Source of the DNA: Angelakisella sp.
Lineage (GTDB): Bacteria > Bacillota > Clostridia > Oscillospirales > Ruminococcaceae
DNA length: 42,449 bases
Direction of reading: 5' to 3'
Assembly (NCBI GenBank): GCA_022795575.1
Contig: JAAWGY010000001.1
Location: 1-42,449 of the forward strand
Shown: in pieces, positions 36,224 to 42,449 of the stretch
Position numbering within the stretch: the first letter of the stretch is position 1
Layout of the letters: every line of letters starts with the position of its first letter
Notes under the pieces: generated by a model
The model's input: only the letters and a program-made list of their open reading frames with translations
The model's database searches: none
What the model was told of the DNA's origin: nothing
Made by a program: the position numbers and the translations under genes

Positions 36224-38407
36224 TTATACAGTAGGCTGGTTGGAGCGCTGGACGGTGATAACGCCGTCGATCTTCCGCAGGTTGGACATAATGCCCCGCA
36301 GCTGCTCCAGGTCGCCGATGCCGATTGTCACCTGGATGTGGGAGCGGTTATCCTTGCCCTCCCGGGCCATCAGGGTGTGGATCGGCACCCGCATATTGCT
36401 GAGGGCGACGCTGACATCGGCCAGCAGGCCCTGGCGGTCGCTGCCGATGATATCGATGGTAGATTTGAAGCTCTCCTTAACGGTGGAGGCCCACTCGGTG
36501 CGGACCCAGCGGTCGCTGGTGGTATCGGCGTTTACCACGTTGACACAGTCCCGCTTGTGGATGGAAACCCCAAAGCCCCGGGTGATAAAGCCCACGATGT
36601 CGTCCCCCGGCACCGGGTTGCAGCACCGGGCAAACTTGACCAGGCACCCGTCCAGCCCCTCCACAATGACGCCGCTGGAGGCCTTGGCCGGCCGCTGCCG
36701 GGGCGGGATGCGGCCCAGCAGGAGGGCGTCCTTTTGGGTGGGGGTGCGGTAGAGGCGCTGGAACTCCTCCCGGATGCGGGGGATGAGCTTTTGGAGGGAG
36801 AGGCCGCCGTAGCCGATGGCGGCGTAGAAGTCCTCCACGCTGTTGTACCGCTGCCGGGCGGCGATATCCGCCAAAAAGGACTCCTTGTCGCTGTCGCTAA
36901 GGGTGATGAGGTTGCGGCGGAACTCCTTATCGATGGCGCTGCGGCCCTCCTGGATGTTCTCCTCCCGTTTTTCCTTTTTGAACCAGGAGCGGATCTTGTT
37001 GCGGGCCTCGCTGGTGCGCACGATGTTCAGCCAGTCCCGGCTGGGGCCGCTGCCCCGGCCGGAGGCGGTGAGCACCTCAACGATCATGCCGGTTTTTACC
37101 TTAAAGTCCAGGCTTACCATCCGGCCGTTTACCTTGGCCCCGATCATTTTATTCCCCACCGCCGAATGGATGGCGTAGGCAAAGTCGATGACGGTGCTGT
37201 CCACCGGCAGGGTGATGACATCCCCCTTGGGGGTGAAGACGAACACCTCCTCCGGGGCGATGTCGGTTTTGATGGACTTGACCAGATCCTCCACATCGTC
37301 GGATTCCTTTTGGGATTCCAGCATCTGGCGGATCCAGGAAAGGCGCTCCTCCAGGCTGTCCTTGCCGGCCAGGCCGATCTTGTACTTCCAGTGGGCGGCA
37401 ACGCCGTATTCGGCGGTATAGTGCATATCCCAGGTGCGTATCTGCACCTCAAAGGGGATGCCCTCCTTATCGATGACGGTGGTGTGCAGCGACTGGTACA
37501 TATTCTGCTTGGGGATAGAGATGTAGTCCTTAAAGCGGTTGGGGATGGCCTGGAACATATCGTGGATGATGCCCAGGATGTTGTAGCACTCCAGCACCGT
37601 GTCCACAATCACCCGGACGGCGTAGACGTCGTAGATCTCGTCCATGTTGCGCCCCTGCATATACACCTTGCGGTAGATGCCGTAGATGCTTTTTACCCGG
37701 CCGTCGATCTGGGCGGTGATGTGCTCATCCCCCAGGCGGCGGTTGATCCGGGCGATGATGCGCTGCAAAAAGGCCTGCCGCTCCTCCTTGCGCAGGGCCA
37801 GCTGGCCCTCGATATCGGCGTAGGCCACCGGGTCCAGGTATTTGATGGAGATGTCCTCTAACTCCTCCTTAATCCCCCGGATGCCCAGGCGATGGGCCAG
37901 GGGGGCGTACACCTCCATCGTCTCCAGCGCCTTGATGCGGCGCTTCTCCTCCGGGAGGGACTCGAAGGTGCGGGCGTTGTGGAGGCGGTCCGCCAGCTTG
38001 ATGATGATCACCCGGACGTCCTGGGCCATGGCCAGCAGCATTTTGCGGACATTTTCCGCCTGCTGGTGCTCCCGGGAGGAAAAGGGGATCCGCCCCACCT
38101 TGGTGACGCCGTCCACCAGCAGGGCCACATCCTGGCCAAACTCCTTTTTGATTTCGTCCAGGGTGACGTCGGTATCCTCCACCACGTCGTGGAGAAGGGC
38201 GGCGACGATGGAATCGGTATCCATCCCCAGCTCCACCAAAATAACGGCGGCGCTCACCGGGTGGATGATGTAGGGCTCGCCGGAGCGGCGCAGGGTGCCC
38301 TCATGGGCGCGCTCCGCCAGCCGGTAGGCCCTTTCGATGCGTTCCATGTCGTACTGCTTGTTGGTCTGCTCGATGCGGTCCGACAGCCTTTTGAACAGCT
38401 CGTCCAT
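36224..38407 (-). CDS. relA: Bifunctional (p)ppGpp synthetase/hydrolase Rel
   Basis: [17 protein letters not shown] (HD), [28 protein letters not shown] and ACT domains. Confidence 0.98.
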   Translation of the reverse strand: MDELFKRLSDRIEQTNKQYDMERIERAYRLAERAHEGTLRRSGEPYIIHPVSAAVILVELGMDTDSIVAALLHDVVEDTDVTLDEIKKEFGQDVALLVDGVTKVGRIPFSSREHQQAENVRKMLLAMAQDVRVIIIKLADRLHNARTFESLPEEKRRIKALETMEVYAPLAHRLGIRGIKEELEDISIKYLDPVAYADIEGQLALRKEERQAFLQRIIARINRRLGDEHITAQIDGRVKSIYGIYRKVYMQGRNMDEIYDVYAVRVIVDTVLECYNILGIIHDMFQAIPNRFKDYISIPKQNMYQSLHTTVIDKEGIPFEVQIRTWDMHYTAEYGVAAHWKYKIGLAGKDSLEERLSWIRQMLESQKESDDVEDLVKSIKTDIAPEEVFVFTPKGDVITLPVDSTVIDFAYAIHSAVGNKMIGAKVNGRMVSLDFKVKTGMIVEVLTASGRGSGPSRDWLNIVRTSEARNKIRSWFKKEKREENIQEGRSAIDKEFRRNLITLSDSDKESFLADIAARQRYNSVEDFYAAIGYGGLSLQKLIPRIREEFQRLYRTPTQKDALLLGRIPPRQRPAKASSGVIVEGLDGCLVKFARCCNPVPGDDIVGFITRGFGVSIHKRDCVNVVNADTTSDRWVRTEWASTVKESFKSTIDIIGSDRQGLLADVSVALSNMRVPIHTLMAREGKDNRSHIQVTIGIGDLEQLRGIMSNLRKIDGVITVQRSNQPTV

Positions 38408-38425
38408 CCCTTCACCTCCCTTTCT

Positions 38426-40471
38426 TTACCACCCCTGCTGTAGCAGCCGGTAGGTGGGTGATGCGGTTATCTCCGCCTTTTGGGCGGCAGGCAGCAGCCG
38501 GATGCTCTCCACCCCGTTTTCGTTTTTGCGGGAGATCAGCCCCAGCTCGGCAAGGATATCCAGGGCGGCCAGCACCTTGCCGTAGTTGGAGGCCGCCCCA
38601 AGCTGGTGGGCCAGGGCGTCGGCGCCCCGCTGGTAGGGGCTGTGCTCCCGCAGCCAGCGGAACACCACCCCCAGGTCCTCCCGGTCAAAGGCCAGCTCCT
38701 CCCGCTGGCAGTCCTGGGGGGCCTCGCCCCGGCGGAGGCTCTGGTAGGCGGCGCCAAGGCGCAGCTTGCCCGCCATATCAAAGCCGTGGGGACGGATGGA
38801 AACCACCTGGAGCTTCACCCGTTCCCCGCCGCCAAAGCGGTCCACCGTCAGGTTGACGGCGCAGTCGGCCAGCTCCCCCGCCCCAATGGGGAAAGCCTGG
38901 GGGCTTACCCGGAAGAGCACCGCCGGAAGCACCACCCCCCGCTGTTCGATGGTAAAGCGCAGGTGGTTCTTCTCCTTGCCTATGGGGGTGATGTTGTTTA
39001 CCCGCACCCCCAAAAGGGCAAACACCGGCTGGGGGTTCTGGCAGCCAAAGGGCTCCAGACGTTCCAGCAGGCGGGCGTTCTCCAGGGTAGCCTCCCCCGC
39101 CATCAGCTGGGTATCCACCCCAACGGTAAGCACCGGCATCACCGGGTGCTCCCGCCGGGCGTGGTCTTCCATTTCCTGGGAAAAGGCGGCCAGATTCCCG
39201 GCGCTCAGTGTCAGCCCCGCCGCCATGGGGTGGCCTCCGCACTTCTTCAGCAGCGGCTCTGCGGAGCGGATGGCCTCGATGATGGAAAAGCCCTCCACGC
39301 TGCGGGCCGAGCCCCGGGCCTCCCCGTCCATGACCGAAAGGAGGATGCAGGGCTTGCCGTACCGCTCCACCAGCCGGGCGGCGATGATGCCGATGATGCC
39401 CCTGTGCCAGCCCTCCCCCCACAGCACCAGCACCCGGCGGTCCAGCAGGGCGGGGTCCGCCTCAAGCTGCTGCTGAATCTCCCGGACCACCTCCTGCTCC
39501 ATCTGCTTGCGCCGGTCGTTCAGGGCGCAGATCTCCCCCGCCAGCTCCCGGGCCCGCTCCTCCTCCTGGCAGAGGAGCAGCTCCACCGCCAGGTCCACCG
39601 AGCCGATCCGCCCCGCCACGTTGAGCCGGGGGGCGATGCCATAGGCGATCCGCTCCGCGGTAATCTCCTCCAGGTCAATCCCCGCCTTTTCCGCCAGGGC
39701 CCGGATGCCCGGGTTTTCGGTTTCCCGCAGGAGGCCCAAACCGGCCTGCACCATGGCCCGGTTCTCGTCAAGGAGGGGCACCACGTCGGCGACGGTGGCG
39801 ATGGCCAGCAGATCCCCGTAGTGCTCCAGCAGCATCCCTTCGGCGTCCTCCTCCAGGGCGCAGATCAGCTTAAAGGCCACCCCCGCCCCGCAGAGCCCGG
39901 CAAAGGGATAGCCGCTGTCGGACCGGTGGGGGTCCACCACCGCCACGGCATTGGGCAGCGTCTCCCCCGGCCGGTGGTGGTCTGTCACCACCACGTCAAT
40001 CCCCCGGGCGGCGGCGTAGTCGATCTCCTCCAGGGCGGTGACGCCGTTATCCACCGTGACGATGAGGGAAACCCCCGCCTCCTTCATCCGGTCCACGGCG
40101 GCGCGGTTCAGGCCATACCCCTCCCCCTCCCGCTCCGGGATGTAGTAGAGGACGTCCGCCCCGGCGTTGTCCAGGTAGTCGTAAAGGATCACCGAGGCGG
40201 TGACGCCGTCACAGTCGTAGTCCCCGTAGATCAGGAGCTTCTCCTGCTCCATCACCGCTTTGCGAACCCGCTCCACCGCCTTGTCCATATCCGGCAGCAG
40301 CATGGGGTCGTGGAGGCGGCATTCCGCCGTCAAAAAGGCCCGGGCCTCCTCCTCATCCTTCAGCCCCCGGCCCTTCAGCACCGCCCGGAGAAGCTCGGGC
40401 AGCTCCGCCGGCCCCTTGACGGGCTCGTTTTTCCGCCTGGACGCCGCAATCCGCCAGGGCTTAAATTCCAT
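38426..40471 (-). CDS. recJ: Single-stranded-DNA-specific exonuclease RecJ
   Basis: IYGDYDCDG, TVDNG, TDHH, TVADVVPL, RGSARS, GGHPMAAG, LEPFG..NP. Confidence 0.97.
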   Translation of the reverse strand: MEFKPWRIAASRRKNEPVKGPAELPELLRAVLKGRGLKDEEEARAFLTAECRLHDPMLLPDMDKAVERVRKAVMEQEKLLIYGDYDCDGVTASVILYDYLDNAGADVLYYIPEREGEGYGLNRAAVDRMKEAGVSLIVTVDNGVTALEEIDYAAARGIDVVVTDHHRPGETLPNAVAVVDPHRSDSGYPFAGLCGAGVAFKLICALEEDAEGMLLEHYGDLLAIATVADVVPLLDENRAMVQAGLGLLRETENPGIRALAEKAGIDLEEITAERIAYGIAPRLNVAGRIGSVDLAVELLLCQEEERARELAGEICALNDRRKQMEQEVVREIQQQLEADPALLDRRVLVLWGEGWHRGIIGIIAARLVERYGKPCILLSVMDGEARGSARSVEGFSIIEAIRSAEPLLKKCGGHPMAAGLTLSAGNLAAFSQEMEDHARREHPVMPVLTVGVDTQLMAGEATLENARLLERLEPFGCQNPQPVFALLGVRVNNITPIGKEKNHLRFTIEQRGVVLPAVLFRVSPQAFPIGAGELADCAVNLTVDRFGGGERVKLQVVSIRPHGFDMAGKLRLGAAYQSLRRGEAPQDCQREELAFDREDLGVVFRWLREHSPYQRGADALAHQLGAASNYGKVLAALDILAELGLISRKNENGVESIRLLPAAQKAEITASPTYRLLQQGW

Positions 40472-40513
40472 TGCCGCTGCCTCCTTCTGGATGGGATGTA
40501 AAATACAAGGGTT

Positions 40514-40542
40514 ATTTTACCACTTTTTCATCGAATACGCAA
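40514..40542 (-). promoter_or_regulatory. Sigma-A-type promoter for recJ-relA
   Basis: TTGCGT-17 nt-TAAAAT with TG extension. Confidence 0.65.
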
Positions 40543-40576
40543 CAACGCAATTTTCCCGGCGGCGGGGCAATTTTCT

Positions 40577-41686
40577 TCACTCCCCCCGCCGTTCTGGCCG
40601 GATGAGGTACCCCTCCAGCCACTCCTCCCATCCGTCCTGGTCCTGCCGGCGCTCCGCCGCCATAATGGCGCCGGTATCCGGGTGATAGACGGCAAAGAAC
40701 AGATTCCCCAGGCCAAGGGGGATCTGCTCCCCGGTCCGGTGGTCCAGCAGGATCGACGCGCCGCCGCTGTTCAGCAGCGAAAATTCCGGCTCCCGCAGCA
40801 ACAGCTCGCTCCCCTCCGGCCCGGGGGGCAGCGCCGTTTCGGTCCCCTCCCGGAGGTCCAGCAGCATCCGGTGGTTTTGTTGTCCGGCGGGCGGGGCGTA
40901 GGTCAGATAGCCGGGGGTTTGGCACCAGTCCCACTGCCACAGCTGGCCGGCAAACTCCCGGACCTTCTCCCCCTTGGTGTCGTAGACCGAAACCCGGGAG
41001 GTATTCTGCACCTGGAAGGCCAGCAGCTCCCCGTCCGGGGACCAGCTGACAAAGGTTTCCTCCGGCTCCACCCGGAAGGTGGATCGGATCCTCTCCTGGT
41101 CCAGGCCGTCCCGGATGGTGACATCCCCCTTGCCCCAAAGCATGGTGAGGAACAGCCCCTGGGGGGAAAGGTCCCAAACGTTCCCCTTCATCCGCTCATA
41201 GCTGCCCGCCCCAAGGTCCAGCTTCAGGGTGACGGCGTCCTTGGCTACAAAGGTCACATAGGGCGTCCCATCCCGGAAGAAGACTTCGGGATACAGGTCC
41301 GGGAAGGAATCGTCCACCAGCAGTGTCATCTGTCCGGCGGCGATGTCGTAGGCAAAGATGCGGCAGTCGCTGATCTCCTCCACCGGGTCGGTGTTGTAGC
41401 TGAAAAAGAGCAGCCGGTTTGCGTCCACCCACTCCGCCCTCAGCTCCGGCACTCCCATCCCCGTCCAGCCAAAGCCGTCCTCACTGAGGGCCAGCAGCTG
41501 TTCCGCGGGCAGGGGCCGGATGTCAAGGCTTAGTGGCTGTACCACCTCCTCCACCTGGGAGGAGGACGGCTCCGGTTTTGATGCCGGCTGGGAGGCTCCG
41601 GAGGAGTCCGGCGCCTCCCGGCCGGCACAGCCTGCCATACAGAGCAAAAGAGCCAAAACAGCCGCTAAAAGCTTGGTTTTTCTCAT
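40577..41686 (-). CDS. Hypothetical lipoprotein, probable beta-propeller
   Basis: MRKTK plus hydrophobic stretch plus lipobox MAGC, Ser/Pro linker, and WSPDGELLAF / LSPQG / YHPD TolB-like blade motifs. Confidence 0.8.
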   Translation of the reverse strand: MRKTKLLAAVLALLLCMAGCAGREAPDSSGASQPASKPEPSSSQVEEVVQPLSLDIRPLPAEQLLALSEDGFGWTGMGVPELRAEWVDANRLLFFSYNTDPVEEISDCRIFAYDIAAGQMTLLVDDSFPDLYPEVFFRDGTPYVTFVAKDAVTLKLDLGAGSYERMKGNVWDLSPQGLFLTMLWGKGDVTIRDGLDQERIRSTFRVEPEETFVSWSPDGELLAFQVQNTSRVSVYDTKGEKVREFAGQLWQWDWCQTPGYLTYAPPAGQQNHRMLLDLREGTETALPPGPEGSELLLREPEFSLLNSGGASILLDHRTGEQIPLGLGNLFFAVYHPDTGAIMAAERRQDQDGWEEWLEGYLIRPERRGE

Positions 41687-41752
41687 CGTTTTTCCTCCAT
41701 TTTGTCCAGTCTCCCTTCTCGGGAAAATGTTCCCATGCGTAAATTCGGAAAG

Positions 41753-42361
41753 CTATGGTTTTCTTCCGAGCTGCAAATCAATGGTATCGTAAATGGTAAT
41801 TTTTCCACCATGTCTGTTAATTGCCTCTTCGATCCTGGAAAAGAATTTGGTCCTTAACGTTTCTTCCATGGCAATATGGTCAGAATAGGTGCCAATCAAT
41901 GTAATATACTCTTGTGCAGAAAGTGTTCTCGTTCTAAAGAACAGGGCACAGCGAATATCCGCAAATCCATACTTTACCGCAATCTCCGCCTTGCGCCGAG
42001 CGTCTTCCTCGCTATATTCCTTTGGGCGCTCTTGCTTTCTATTATGAAATTTATAATAATATGATCCATAAATTTTATCGATTTCCTCCGCAAGCGCAGG
42101 ATTATATTGATCACGGTAGGGATGATTGGCAAACTGCGCAAAAACGCCACCGCTTTTCAGCATGGCATAAACCTTGGGATAACCAATTTCCTCCGGTACC
42201 CAATGAAAGGCAGACGCCGAGAATACGAAGTCATAAGCTTCGTTTGCAAAATCAACACTCTCAAATTTGCTTGTAATTACTGAGAAATTTGGATAATCCT
42301 TAAATTTTTCCCTGCATAGCTCAGAAAAATGCTCCCCATATTCAACAGCAATAAATTTGCC
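41753..42361 (-). pseudogene. Class I SAM-dependent methyltransferase, 5'-truncated
   Basis: The frame of the 136 aa ORF extends upstream as [19 protein letters not shown]...SKFESV...YDFVFSASAFHWV...MLKSGG, with no start codon ahead of it and no GxGxG motif I. Confidence 0.8.
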
Positions 42362-42449
42362 TGAGTAAGTCCGAAATTTTTATACAAACTGCTTCTTGGA
42401 TATATATGCGCTTCATATCCCTCTGGCAGTTTCATAGCAACTCCAAGTG
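42277..42449 (-). pseudogene. dut: dUTPase fragment, 3'-truncated and cut by the window edge
   Basis: Minus strand reads [31 protein letters not shown] (trimeric dUTPase motif 2 region), then loses similarity at about 42355 and stops at TAA 42277-42279. Confidence 0.75.

Overview
GC-rich, spore-forming Clostridia-type (Bacillota) chromosomal segment made mostly of conserved core genes, all but one on the minus strand. In transcription order (right to left): an AT-richer remnant (dUTPase fragment joined out of frame to a headless SAM methyltransferase), a lipoprotein, recJ-relA-dtd-MBL hydrolase-hemZ, a zinc-ribbon protein, TfoX-C-yabM/spoVB-like flippase-mazG-hup-[structured RNA]-yabO-yabP-yabQ-divIC-S1 protein, an unknown protein plus amidohydrolase, hpf, a THUMP methyltransferase, a ferritin-like gene (+ strand) divergent from yunB, ligA-gatC-[SMI1/KNR4]-gatA-gatB, a rhomboid-like protein, a small MazG-like protein, spoIIIAA-AH, asp23-nusB-[TsaD-like]-xseA-xseB-ispA-DUF212-tlyA-nadK-argR-recN and a two-part GNAT gene. 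No tRNA, rRNA, CRISPR array, transposase or integrase was recognised, and I cannot support a complete novel multi-gene system. The best leads are two structured RNA candidates, a perfect palindrome over a promoter, several small orphan genes embedded in housekeeping operons, a frameshifted small membrane ORF, a TsaD paralog and a deletion junction at the right end. Family assignments come from motif recognition and synteny, not from database searches.
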